From a virus, in IMG/VR virus record IMGVR_UViG_3300032217_000462, positions 3,417 through 67,416 of that record: 64,000 nucleotides of DNA; one strand, given 5' to 3'. The translations under genes were made by a program, and so were the position numbers. The notes below the pieces were generated by a model. That model had not been told where the DNA came from. It was given only the letters and a program-made list of their open reading frames with translations, and did not search any database. Each line of letters starts with the position of its first letter. Positions within the stretch are counted from its first letter, which is position 1. Positions 38,401 through 48,900 of this stretch are shown piece after piece.

Positions 38401-40418
38401 ACTCCGGTATTTTTAGCTGCTGCAAATACTTGGCCTGTTGCCGTAAGTATTACATTAGACCCTGGATTTCCATCTACTGATTTGTTTAAACTCAGAGTTT
38501 TTGTTTGTGTTACTCCATTTACTGTAACATTAAATACTGCTTCAGCAAAAGAATTATTTAGACTATTTATAGTAACCAATCCAGTAGGGTCAACATTATA
38601 AGAGCCGGAGTCTCCTCCACTATAACTTACCTTTGAAAAAAGTGCTTGAGGATTAGTAGTATTATCTAATAACCTACCTCCTAATATTGCGTATAACTTA
38701 GAGGTGAAAGGAAACTGACCAGCTATAGCGGTACCGCTACTATCACAAGCAATAGTTTGATTTTCATTAGATAGGCTTGATACAAAAGCATCGTCACCTT
38801 CTTTAATACTATAAACTGTAAAAGTATCAAAACTACTGTAAATATCTTCTGATGCAGTAACAGTAACTGTTTTTGTAGATCCTGCTGCAAAACTATTTAA
38901 CACAAAAGTATTACCACTAACAGTTCCAATAGTAGCATCTGGAGCGCTGCCATCTACTAGCCAGGTATATGTTGGGCTAACAAAATTACTTTGTGTAGCT
39001 GTGAAAACTACTGTTGTAGGACTTATAGTAGTACTATTCTTTGCAGTAATAAATGATTGTCCTGTTGCACTTAGTTGAACTATTCTTGCTGAAGAACCAG
39101 CAACACCTTCCTTTGCTTTAGCAAAGCTTTGTGTAGTAACAATATCCACTGTTACACCTGTAGTAGTAATTACACGAATAGTATAATCAATAGTAGCAAC
39201 ATTTGCAGTCATTGCAGAATGTTTAGCGTAATAAATATAATTAGAACCGATTTGAGGAGCTGTATCAACTGTAATACCAGTAGCATTAGTAGAAATTACT
39301 CGCCAACTACCATTAGCGTAAGGACTAGTATTATCTACTGATAAATAGGTTGAACCTTGTAAAACTTTTAAAATAGTACCGCTACCAACATAGCTAGCAG
39401 TAACAGTACTACCATCAGTATTTGCAGGTATAGTATGTGATTCATTGCTGGATACTACAGTTATTTGCTCAGTACCATCATTTGTTCTGAAAATACTCAT
39501 TACATCAGTAGTTGTGCCTAATGTAGCTGTAATCCTAGCATTGCCTATTGTTACACCTTTTGCATCAAAATTTGCAGGAGTAATAGTAATAATATTATTA
39601 TTTTGTGTAAATGAAACTGCACCTAGTGATGCCCCTGCTCTAGTATATCCCACTACAGTGAAAGTAGGGGTACCGGTGAGGTTTGTTAAATTAGCAGTTA
39701 CAATAATCGAAGAGCTTGCTGATGAAGTTGAATATTGATCTTTATACGCAAATTGATTTGCCGTGGCCGTTAGTTTTAATATAGGCGCAGTTTGTCCAGC
39801 CTGAGCTTTATAAACATTCCATACTTCTTCTAGAGTTGTTCCGCCATAAGTTGCTGTAAAAGTTACATTTCCTGAATTGGCGGTTAACCCTGTACAGGTA
39901 TATACACCTGTAGAAGCATTAATTGATACTCCAGTAAGATTAGTAGTAGTATTTGCCTTAATAGCATAAACAGGGCCATTACCGCTTACATCTTCAGCAC
40001 CATTATATACTTTAAAAGTACCTGTGGCTTGAGAAAAATCTCCGCCAGTACCGTCCATCGCTGTAGCAATAGGTACAGGATCATTAGTTAAATATCCAGA
40101 AACAGTTGTACTATCAGTATAAACAACTTGATTTAATTCAGAAGATATAGTATAAACATCTGGATCGATAGCACTAATAAAAGCATATCTTACATAATAA
40201 CGTGTTCCTGGAGTTAGTCCAGTAATGGTAATAGCTAGACCACTTCCATTATATACTAAAGTACCTTGATTATTGCTTGGATTAAATCCAGTTGTACTTG
40301 AATACCATACTTTAACGGATATTAGGTCGTCTCTAATATCCGTTGTTCTAACAATGTCGTATGGTGTATCTAATACTAAGTGTAATGATTTTACACCTGA
40401 ATATAAATGTGCCGCCAT
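35409..40418 (-). CDS. Large tail fibre with an N-terminal FN3 domain, repeated Ig-like modules and a short collagen tract
   Basis: ITGLTPGTRYYVR (FN3), repeated L.NE...I.CDS.G modules and GATG/GPQ triplets. Confidence 0.75.
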   Translation of the reverse strand: MAAHLYSGVKSLHLVLDTPYDIVRTTDIRDDLISVKVWYSSTTGFNPSNNQGTLVYNGSGLAITITGLTPGTRYYVRYAFISAIDPDVYTISSELNQVVYTDSTTVSGYLTNDPVPIATAMDGTGGDFSQATGTFKVYNGAEDVSGNGPVYAIKANTTTNLTGVSINASTGVYTCTGLTANSGNVTFTATYGGTTLEEVWNVYKAQAGQTAPILKLTATANQFAYKDQYSTSSASSSIIVTANLTNLTGTPTFTVVGYTRAGASLGAVSFTQNNNIITITPANFDAKGVTIGNARITATLGTTTDVMSIFRTNDGTEQITVVSSNESHTIPANTDGSTVTASYVGSGTILKVLQGSTYLSVDNTSPYANGSWRVISTNATGITVDTAPQIGSNYIYYAKHSAMTANVATIDYTIRVITTTGVTVDIVTTQSFAKAKEGVAGSSARIVQLSATGQSFITAKNSTTISPTTVVFTATQSNFVSPTYTWLVDGSAPDATIGTVSGNTFVLNSFAAGSTKTVTVTASEDIYSSFDTFTVYSIKEGDDAFVSSLSNENQTIACDSSGTAIAGQFPFTSKLYAILGGRLLDNTTNPQALFSKVSYSGGDSGSYNVDPTGLVTINSLNNSFAEAVFNVTVNGVTQTKTLSLNKSVDGNPGSNVILTATGQVFAAAKNTGVISPSSIVFTASTFNLGSSPAYVWKVSTDNGTTFTTQTGQTAATFTLPSFSSGNKLVKLEATGYGRTVFDQITVYALKEGDDTLVAGLVNENQTITCDSTGTPVSGQFPLSSELAVYRGISKLTNSDGVTWSKVSETGMTSTITSTTGIISITAISADTATATYRATIGTTNLDKVFTLNKSKNGSNGTNGSNGTNGTNGSNGTNARAVDLTTTSQSFVYTTQGVTPTPSSVVVTATSNNTSGTVYYEFLVAGSTVQNSTTNTYTYTPTAAFSSMPQQITVKIREDSSTGTVVATDILSMIGIKPGTDGINSVSAVLTNEATTVIADAAGTVSSFSNAGGTFYLFDGTTDKTGNVAVTYSVVSSSGVTISIASTGVYTVSAMSADSGTATLRAVYNNITINKIYSISKSKTGATGPTGPAGTNGTNGTTPNKYATAYLYQWSAASTIGVPSGSATYTWSTGVTSGYTGGNSWQNTAPANPGTSGLKLWIASKQVSDVPTATTTTIDWSTGYSTYVAGQNGAAVSGVSSAKPEVYQWALSTPSISGSSVYYWSDGSYTAPSGWTKSSTTAPSTGYYLYSAIATVTDSATATSTVFNWGTASIIVSGYAGANGTNGTNGATGATGATGSTGATGSTGATGPQGPQGPQGPAGTGTAGASATIMYARISGNPAAVSGTVSVSGNNRPSGYTASLTWGGSFNVTWYAVDPDPSSNASLYVSDGIYNGSTTTVWSTPYIASLKVGSLSAITTNTGNLTVSDYIRANNAAISGTSMTGSGGVLYSTGLFAFGNSTTNITFNGDKLAFNGNLIGIDNLNPGAALPNYVRTYKGNTTPTVNVSSLAAGNWMPLEMDYSALTNKLGAWDADTYRTVLPAGTYFYELTVPVKCQGSDTNDACYTALVANPPGGPGGSYVYTIVDYDYYGSPIYDYVYVSNAYTVLSTCGVNVVGDWQTASIVGVGKFTIYSPTYVSPAILTTDSRPRLNVVARSGYCTLVWRIYKAD

Positions 40419-40427
40419 GCTTATCCT

Positions 40428-43400
40428 TTAAGTAATAGTTTTGACAACTATTGTTCCAAGAGTACTAGCATCACTATAGTTATTAGTTCTATCTACAGTT
40501 CTACATGCTACTCTATATGTAACGCCTGCTTCTGAAATTCTTGGTGCAGGTTGGTCTCGTAAATCAAATCTAGCTTCTTCTGTACTACGAATAATTTTAA
40601 TATTATTTGTAGTAGTATCTAACTCCCAGAAATCTGAAGAGCCTGTATCTTTATATAATCTATATTCGTAAGTTAAAAAATCAGAGGCTTGTGTAATAAC
40701 TGCAGGTTTAGCTACAATAAATGTATGGTCCAGATCCATAGTTAATGTTGGTGCTACTGCTCCACTATTATTTTTACCATCATTTAAGAAAGTAAATGTA
40801 TCAGACCAAGGACCAGTAATTTTACCTGTTGAATCTAAGTATCTTGCTCTAAGTTTATATACTACATCTGAGACTAAGCCAGTAAACGTAAATCCACTAG
40901 TTTCTTTATTTGTAATGTATATTTCATTAGGACTAGTATCATTAAATAATGTATCGCTTTTAACAATATCAAACTGTACTTTTGCTGCTACTGCAGGTAA
41001 GTTTGGTGGATTTGAAAAAGAAGCAATAGCAATATTTTGATAGTTACCCACAGAAATTTGCTCAGCTAAAGGGCTGGTACTATTAACATCATTTATGATT
41101 GGTGATAGTGTAATAGAATTTTTAATTAAGTCCGTATTAACACTAGCAATATTAGCATTAAATACTAATAAACCGCTTAAATCTGCTGTGTATATTTCAG
41201 GTGAATAGTCAACTAAAGTTAATTTTGCACTATAGTTTGTACTAGGCTCTACTGCTATAACAACACATTCTTGCATTGTTTTGTTTATTTCACCTAACAT
41301 AAACAAATTATCTACTTCAATATTGTCGCTACCAGTAATTGTAGTTGTCAATGTAATACTATCGGTATATCCAGTAGTTGTTACTGCAACAAGAGTTTTA
41401 GTAACACTACCTGTACCAGAAGTACTTAAATTATTAGTTCTAATTAGAATAGTATAGGTTTTACCAGTTTCTAAATATGTGGCTTCTGTAAGTGTAAGAG
41501 TATTTCCATTTATGGATTTTATTCTTCCAGTTCCAGTTCCCCATCGTGGTACATCGTGAGTAATTCGTACTAAGTCTCCGCGAGAACATACTAGTTGTTC
41601 AAAATCTACATTTAGACTATAAGTTTCAGGACGTAATTTAATTTGCGCAAAATGCCACCTAGCTAATCTTATGGCTTGGTCAGCATTTGTTACTCCGGGT
41701 AGAGATAGCTGTTCAAATAATTCTGCTGCTTTTTTACCACTACCAGCTGTTGCAGCATAACCATAGTTATATATAATTAATTCATTAGCTTGATAAGCTA
41801 ATGATTCATCAGGTATAGTAACTCTAAATGCATGAGGCAATATAGGTAAATTTTTTGTAGATTCAAATCCCCAACTATTGTGTGGAGTAAAATGTTGTGT
41901 GGTATAGGCCCTTGGTTGGTCTATTACAACTCCCCACTTTCCGTCTACATAAGTAGGGCTAGCAAGACCTGCTGCACAAATATCTCGCAATGTATCCATT
42001 ACGCTTTGTGTATTAGTTAATATACTATTGTATGTATATTTTGGGCAATAAACTGCAGTACCTGTTCCAACTCCAACTCCCGTAGCATAAAACCCTTCTC
42101 CAATGTTATTGGATCCGGCGCCAATACTTGTCCAGTTAGTAGTTCCAGGTGTTTTAATAGTATAATACTTACCTACTACAAAATTACCAGCAGTAACTGT
42201 TGTTGGGATAGGATTACAGAAATTATGCCACTCAGTTAAACTTGTTAAATCAAGTTGCGATATTTTAGTTACTCTAAAAGCATTAGCTGGATGAGTTAAT
42301 ACATATATAAATAAACTTGCTGGATTATTAGTAGGACGTTTTGGCCCTGTCCAAGAACTTGTGGTTCTATCATAATCCCAAGTAATTGTCTGTACTAAAG
42401 CATTTACTCCGTCTACCGTACCGTTTACTTTGTTAGTACTTTGTATTCTTACCGCCGTTTTAGCTAAATAACACCCAGGAGGATTAACCATAGGGCTAGC
42501 TTTACTATCATAACTAGTTACATTACTTAATACGGCTTTATGATACTTGTGATAATCTGTTTCATCTTCTACTTCATCACTGTTTAAGCGTTTAACACGT
42601 ATTTGATACCTACCACGAGGTAAATTTTCTAAAGAATGTACGTAGTTAAAAGCATCTTTGCGAGTTTCAAAGAAACCCGAAGTACCAAAAGTAAGAATAG
42701 TATTTGCGGCTGGACGAATATTTAAACCACTGTTTGCAGTATATCCAATAGCAACGCCTATAGCAGCTAATCCTCCGCCTGTATTTCGGCCTACAATAAC
42801 TATTGTATGGGTACCTTTGGTAAGTTTGATAGAGCTTTGTACGTAGTTGTTATACCCACCTTTGGGCATAGTTGCAACTTTAGTACCGTCAATGTATACT
42901 TCGCCTTCATCATCAGCAGCTGCTTGAACTGTGTAATATCCAGTATAGGGAAAGTTTACATTTGATTCAGTGTGTGTCCATTCAGTAAGACTACTGTTAC
43001 TAGACCAAACTGATGTATTCTTCAATAGATTGCACCAGCCTTTCCAGGCTCCTGCTGTAACTACGATTGAACCTAGGGCAGCTATCTGTCTAGTTGTCCA
43101 GATAGTTTCGGCTGTTCCTGCTGCTACACTTGTGGCTGTTTCAGAGTATAACTTACCAGCTTTAATACTAATTTTCTTAGTGGCTGAGTCACTCCAATTA
43201 CCTTCATCAAACGTTTGAGTTACAGATGTAACTGTTTGAGTTAACCCAGTAAGTCCAGCATATCCACTGATAGCACTACTATCAACATTCACTGTACCGT
43301 TACTACTTTGATATACAGTATATAATTTTAAATAACCAGAAGGAATTGTTGGTATATAGTTCCAAGATTTATCTATGTCTAGTAAATAGCTATAACTAGT

Positions 43401-45017
43401 GCTATTATACTTATCTTGTAACCATACGCTAGCGTTAGCTCCTATGTTATCTGTAACTGCTCCATCAAATCGTGCAATACCCCCATTAGGGCTTAAGCAA
43501 AATATACTATAACGGTATAGATTAACTCCGTATTCGGAATCTGGGTCTTTTGGAGGCGTTAATATAGCCGTATAAGCTTCAGCATCTAAAGTACTTGCGT
43601 CTGCATTGCCGTTTTTGTATATGCCCAAAGATGTACTAGTGTTTGTTGTATCCCATGGCAATGTACTGTACAGACGAGTTTGTAACTCTAACTGGCAAGT
43701 AGTTGCAGCTGCTTTACCGTCTTTGGTATTAATTTTACGCATACCTTCTGGAAAGGTAAACGCAATATCTATGGCATCAGCATCTTGAACAAGCGTTACT
43801 TCTGTCCAGGCATTGCCATCAGTAATATTGTTTACTAGCTCAACATTCTTAAACTGTTGTTCAACATCTCGACCGTATAGGTTATCAAAAGCAGCAGTAG
43901 ACTCACCTTGAATTCCTTGTAATGTAACGGGGCGAGGAACTGTAGAAGGTAATCCATCATAATATGAATCAATTGGGTTTCCGCCAATACAAATATCGCT
44001 AATATCAAGAGGACCAAATCCCCACACAATAGCAGTATTTAAAATACTTGTATCCGTTAAAGATTCTACATATGGTGTTGCTCCAAGCATACCTGTAAAA
44101 CGCACTTTACCTAATACGACTGGAATAGCTCCAAATTTACTAGCTTGATTACTTGAACCTGTAAATAAATTTAATGCTGCAGCGCTACCGGAGTCAGTAG
44201 TACTTGGTGGACGAATGGGAGCAATAACATTTATCAATGCCATACCTGCCATATTAATAGCCATAGTACCAACAGCTGTTTGTACAGCTGCAGTTGATCC
44301 TGGTAATAGGTACGATCCAACATCAGCTCCAAAATAAGCTGCAGCTACAACTACGGCAAGCGTTAAAATTAAACGCTTTGTTGATCCACCTTCGGCAATG
44401 CTTTTATATGATACTTGCTGATTTTTGCGTAGTACAGTAGTATCCCAATCTTTTTGTGGAACTACTATACCATCAATCATAACCACAATTTTATCAGCAA
44501 GTACTTTACTTACTTGATATTTGTGGTGTACAAAATCAACAAAATTCTGAACTGTAGTACCTTCTACAGTCCAATCTAAATTAGTACTCATTCTTAAGGG
44601 ATGAGGTGCCCCTACAACCGCTACTTGAGCTTGTGTTGTATATTTATAAAAACCTACAAAACGGTTTTTCCATTTTAAATTATTTAATGATTCAACTACT
44701 GAATCCATGCCTTCGCGGCAGTGTAAAAACTTATTATCGCCTACATATATGCCCACGTGCGTAGGTTCGCCCATAATATTGAACAGACACAAATCTCCAA
44801 TATTTGGTGCGTCTAACTGTTTCCAGTTATCCATATGTGTGTTAATAGCCGAAACGATGGCAGGATCTTGCCCGCCATCGTATTCATCAGTATAGCTTGG
44901 CAGATCAATATTAAATTGATCTTTATAGTATAGTCGCGCTAATCCCCAGCAGTCTACACCAGTTTCAGTTCTGCCATTTTCAAGGTAAGGTAATCCGATA
45001 TATTTATCATAATTCAT
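40428..45017 (-). CDS. Tail tip protein: NlpC/P60 (gpK-like) + gpI-like + gpJ-like fusion
   Basis: YIGLPY...GVDCWGL...HVGIY..FLH (NlpC/P60), IPVVLG, FTFPEG and YQIRVKR (J-like), and a C-terminal FN3-like region. Confidence 0.85.
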   Translation of the reverse strand: MNYDKYIGLPYLENGRTETGVDCWGLARLYYKDQFNIDLPSYTDEYDGGQDPAIVSAINTHMDNWKQLDAPNIGDLCLFNIMGEPTHVGIYVGDNKFLHCREGMDSVVESLNNLKWKNRFVGFYKYTTQAQVAVVGAPHPLRMSTNLDWTVEGTTVQNFVDFVHHKYQVSKVLADKIVVMIDGIVVPQKDWDTTVLRKNQQVSYKSIAEGGSTKRLILTLAVVVAAAYFGADVGSYLLPGSTAAVQTAVGTMAINMAGMALINVIAPIRPPSTTDSGSAAALNLFTGSSNQASKFGAIPVVLGKVRFTGMLGATPYVESLTDTSILNTAIVWGFGPLDISDICIGGNPIDSYYDGLPSTVPRPVTLQGIQGESTAAFDNLYGRDVEQQFKNVELVNNITDGNAWTEVTLVQDADAIDIAFTFPEGMRKINTKDGKAAATTCQLELQTRLYSTLPWDTTNTSTSLGIYKNGNADASTLDAEAYTAILTPPKDPDSEYGVNLYRYSIFCLSPNGGIARFDGAVTDNIGANASVWLQDKYNSTSYSYLLDIDKSWNYIPTIPSGYLKLYTVYQSSNGTVNVDSSAISGYAGLTGLTQTVTSVTQTFDEGNWSDSATKKISIKAGKLYSETATSVAAGTAETIWTTRQIAALGSIVVTAGAWKGWCNLLKNTSVWSSNSSLTEWTHTESNVNFPYTGYYTVQAAADDEGEVYIDGTKVATMPKGGYNNYVQSSIKLTKGTHTIVIVGRNTGGGLAAIGVAIGYTANSGLNIRPAANTILTFGTSGFFETRKDAFNYVHSLENLPRGRYQIRVKRLNSDEVEDETDYHKYHKAVLSNVTSYDSKASPMVNPPGCYLAKTAVRIQSTNKVNGTVDGVNALVQTITWDYDRTTSSWTGPKRPTNNPASLFIYVLTHPANAFRVTKISQLDLTSLTEWHNFCNPIPTTVTAGNFVVGKYYTIKTPGTTNWTSIGAGSNNIGEGFYATGVGVGTGTAVYCPKYTYNSILTNTQSVMDTLRDICAAGLASPTYVDGKWGVVIDQPRAYTTQHFTPHNSWGFESTKNLPILPHAFRVTIPDESLAYQANELIIYNYGYAATAGSGKKAAELFEQLSLPGVTNADQAIRLARWHFAQIKLRPETYSLNVDFEQLVCSRGDLVRITHDVPRWGTGTGRIKSINGNTLTLTEATYLETGKTYTILIRTNNLSTSGTGSVTKTLVAVTTTGYTDSITLTTTITGSDNIEVDNLFMLGEINKTMQECVVIAVEPSTNYSAKLTLVDYSPEIYTADLSGLLVFNANIASVNTDLIKNSITLSPIINDVNSTSPLAEQISVGNYQNIAIASFSNPPNLPAVAAKVQFDIVKSDTLFNDTSPNEIYITNKETSGFTFTGLVSDVVYKLRARYLDSTGKITGPWSDTFTFLNDGKNNSGAVAPTLTMDLDHTFIVAKPAVITQASDFLTYEYRLYKDTGSSDFWELDTTTNNIKIIRSTEEARFDLRDQPAPRISEAGVTYRVACRTVDRTNNYSDASTLGTIVVKTIT

Positions 45018-45559
45018 TAGAATAATCCTGGAAAATAACTAGGTGTAAAATTAAAGCTAGGAAATGGTTCTTTATTATAACTAACCATGCTTAAGCTTAA
45101 ATTAATAGTTTCAGAATTATAAGTAACATTTGTAATATAAAAACCAGAAAAACTAGCTTCTACATAGTCAGGTGTTCCTGATAATACTAATTCTATCAAT
45201 ACCTTAGTTTGTGAAAACAAATGTGTTCGGATAATCTCAATAGCTTCTGGTGTTACATATTTAAATGTAATAGAACACTCACCAACGCCTGTTTCTTGTT
45301 CGGCAGGTAAGTTAAGTTCCATTGGCAAGAATACGTATTCATTGCTACGGCTAGTAACTCCGTATATTACTTCTGTGTCTGTTGTAGTAGATAGTCGACC
45401 TGTATACCCATCCGCCAATCTAACTGCAGTAGTAGTTGCTGCTGGATCAGTTGACCCATTTGGATCATAAATAGTAAATAGCATAATAAGCTGTTGATCC
45501 GTCTCTGACGAAAACATAGCTTTAATAGCTGCAGAGGATAGTGTATTAATTCGGCTCAT
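45017..45559 (-). CDS. Minor tail protein, gpL-like
   Basis: Y.FLP..L.LP...EPFP...FTP.YFPGLF pattern, lying between the M-like and K-like genes. Confidence 0.75.
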   Translation of the reverse strand: MSRINTLSSAAIKAMFSSETDQQLIMLFTIYDPNGSTDPAATTTAVRLADGYTGRLSTTTDTEVIYGVTSRSNEYVFLPMELNLPAEQETGVGECSITFKYVTPEAIEIIRTHLFSQTKVLIELVLSGTPDYVEASFSGFYITNVTYNSETINLSLSMVSYNKEPFPSFNFTPSYFPGLF

Positions 45560-45918
45560 GGCAATATTTCAAACTTTAAAGAGGTTTTCCAATAACCAGG
45601 GGCTAAATATTGTAAGTTATAAAAATCACTATCGCCTTGAGGAACTATCCTGGCTTCAACAACAGCAGCAGTTCTAGGGTGTGGGAAGCTAAATCGTTTA
45701 ACCCCTGCAAGATCGTTTTTAATAAAATTTTCAAGTGTTGTACATTGTGCAGTTGTTAAAATAAAGGAAAGGTCCATTGTATTAGGACGCTTTCCTCTGT
45801 TTCTCATTTTTGCAGGTCCAGCATCCATTGCAGAACGTATGATATTCTGCCCAATGGATTCTGAAAAACCTTTTTGAGGTGATTGTGGTAAGGCTGAAGG
45901 CCAACTTGGTATTGCCAT
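45556..45918 (-). CDS. Distal tail protein, gpM-like
   Basis: WP..LP...IRS.MDAGPAK.R.R...F.FPHP pattern, immediately after the tape measure gene. Confidence 0.78.
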   Translation of the reverse strand: MAIPSWPSALPQSPQKGFSESIGQNIIRSAMDAGPAKMRNRGKRPNTMDLSFILTTAQCTTLENFIKNDLAGVKRFSFPHPRTAAVVEARIVPQGDSDFYNLQYLAPGYWKTSLKFEILP

Positions 45919-45920
45919 AA

Positions 45921-48900
45921 TTATCTCCTTGCAACTGTTGGTCTATTGCCGTAGTTGCTTGCTAGGGATTGTTGTACGGAACTCCCAGGTCTTGAAAGCT
46001 CACTAGCAACCATGTCTCCCACGATTACTTCAATTCTACGATTACCACGTGAATCAGTAGTTTCCTTGGTAGTAGCTTTTTCATTTCCATAGTTGTTAAC
46101 AACTACATCTACGTTACCACCATTGCCGCCTGATCTGACTCCAAGATTACCATTACTATCACGCTTTAGGGGCATAATGGCTTCGGGCCCTGCTTCACCC
46201 ATTAATCCAGTACCTTTGGCAAACTTAAACATAGTTGGCTCAGTTACGACTGAATTTGTAAACATTCCGCCTTGGGCAAAAGTTTTAAGCCCTGTATCGT
46301 ATACTCCGCCTTTTGCTTCGAGACTAAACCCTGGTAACGAGGGTCCTCCGGAATTAACAAGTTTATTAGTTAAAGCGGTTGAGTTGAAACCAAACGCACT
46401 TCCAATAAGATTCATTAAACCAGGTCTAGCAGCGGCATAAGCTTGCATCATTTGCTGTTGCATTTCGTAGCGAATTAAACCCTCAATCATGCTATCGATT
46501 AAACCTTTGAAGTTTAATTTACCAGTTTTAGTAAACTCGATAATAGCATCAGTCATACCTTTAAAAGTATCTTCAAATACTTGTCCATAAGCTTTTTGGC
46601 GCTCAGTATACTGTGCGTCTTGATCTAAAGCTCTTTTCTTGGCTTCTGATATTTGATTAATAGTACCGATCTCAACATCTTTTCTAGCTGTAATAGCATT
46701 CAGCTCATCTTGAGCATCTTTTGCTGCCTGACTTCCGGGGGTTGCATTATTTATTGCTTGTTGCAATCTATTTTTATCTTGAAGATATTTAAGATCTATT
46801 GCAGCTAATTTCTGTGTTTGTTCAATACGCAGAGCACCCAGATCTAAATCATACTTTCTATTAGCTATTTGTTGGTCATTTAATGCAAGATCTTTGATCT
46901 CATAATCTAACTGCATTTTAGCTAGTTCTAAACTAGTGTTAGCTGTAAGGTTATTAGCTTCTTGAGTAATTGATAGTATATTTAAACGTTTAGCTTCTTG
47001 ATCTGCTATTAGTTTATTTTGGGCTAGTAATAGATTAACACCATTTTGCTCTAACTGGCCAGTTAACCTTAAGTTAGCAACTTTTTCTTTATTGGTAAGT
47101 ACTACTTGACCTTGCTTTAATGTCTCTAAGTCTTTTGTTTCTTGAGCGTCTAACTTACCCATACCCTCATACATTGCTATAGCTTTTTGTACTTTTAATC
47201 TATCATTACTAATATCTAGTAATGAAGACTGTAAGTCTTGTTTTGCTAAAGTATCTTGATAGCCTTTTTGTAATATAAGCTGTTCTTGTGTTAAGAATCC
47301 ATTTTGTGAAGATAACAATGACAATCTTTGATTATCTAATTCAACATCACTTTTCTTTACTGACATATTAGATTGTTGAATAGCTTTTTGCTCATCTAAA
47401 CGTTTAAGTTCAGTGTTCAAACTGTTAAGCAATTTATCTTTATTTAATTTCGCAGCTTCAACATTAACACCGGCAAATTTTTGTGCTTCAGTTATCATTG
47501 CCTGTACTTGTGCATTGAATTCAGGGCGTTGTGCTCCAAATTCTTTCATAGCTTTTACTGCATTATTAATGAATTTACTAGTATCTTTTCCGCCTTGTAA
47601 TCCTTGGAACTCTGTATTAAGTTCTTTCATGGCAGTAAGAGAATTCATCTTACCAGCAAAATCAGATTTTTCCTTAGCGCTAGCATTTGGATTTGCTAAA
47701 ATTTGTTGAGCTAAAGTATTTAATTCAACGGCATTAGTATTTGCATTTTGTGCAGCCATTGCCATAGTACTGGCTCTAATCATATCACGCTGTACATTTA
47801 ATAACTGCTGTTGTAATCCAATGCTTCGAGCATTAGCGCTACCTTCAAGCGCAGCAGTACCTGGTATGATTCCACTAATTGAGCCTAGTATACCTTTTTT
47901 CAAGTCTATGTCAGCTTGTGCAAAACCATTTTTAATACTTTGTTGTACTAAATTTGCACCTTTTTCAAATGCTTGAAAGTTTAAATCTGCAAATACTGGA
48001 TTCTCCATTACTTTTACAATCTGGCTGTTAACTTTAGCTGTTTCTCGCTCAAGTCTAGCAATATTCATACGCTCTATGGCTAACTTTGAATTTGCAATAA
48101 TTATAGCGTTCTCATCGCGGAAAGGGCCCCGCTTATTCTTTTCCGTATCTGCCGATAATTTAAGTTTAGCTTCGTTTTGTACTGCTTCTGCTAAGTTCTT
48201 TTTAAGTTCGCCTTGTTTATTGTTTAACTGTTCTAATACTGGTTGTAATTTTTGTAATTGAACAATGCTGCTGGGATTAAAAATACCTAAGCTTGTAGTA
48301 TCTTTTAATAGCTCAATCATGTTGGCAATACTATTAGCAGGATCCTTTAATGCTCCTGACATTTTTACACCAACGGTTATTAGGTCATTACCTAGCTTTG
48401 TCATAGGAGACTTATCAACTACTGAGTTAATAAAATCTCTAAAGCTTAACCTAACTTGTTTTAATGCATCATCAAATTCTTTACTTCTGCTTGCCGCATT
48501 AGCGGCCTCTGTACCAAACTTTTTAAGTGCGTCTTCAATACTTTTTATAGCTTTTACGGCTCCAGGGCCTTTTTCAGCTATAGCATATGCCCAGTGTAAT
48601 TCTCCACTACCTGGTGCTGTACCAAGTGCTTTATTTACTACATCTTTTGCGCTATTTCTATCTTCACGATTTGTCATTGAAGCAACTTGCTTACTGATAT
48701 TAGCAGCAGCAGCTTGTCCAAACTTAGTTTCATTGTCGTAACCAAGTCCTTTAGAAAAAGCATTAATAAACTTATCCCAAGCACTAGATTCGGTTACTTT
48801 TACTAACTTTTCATAAGTCTCACGCAATCCAGTAAGTGCATCGTTAAGTCCTAGCACTGCATTTGCTTGTGCAGTAAGATTGTCTGAACCAAATATTTTT

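Noticed and set aside
11204-40418. Diversity-generating retroelement acting on the fibre genes
   Set aside because: There is no reverse transcriptase in the window, and I saw no template/variable repeat pair with adenine-specific mismatches. An element elsewhere in the genome cannot be excluded.
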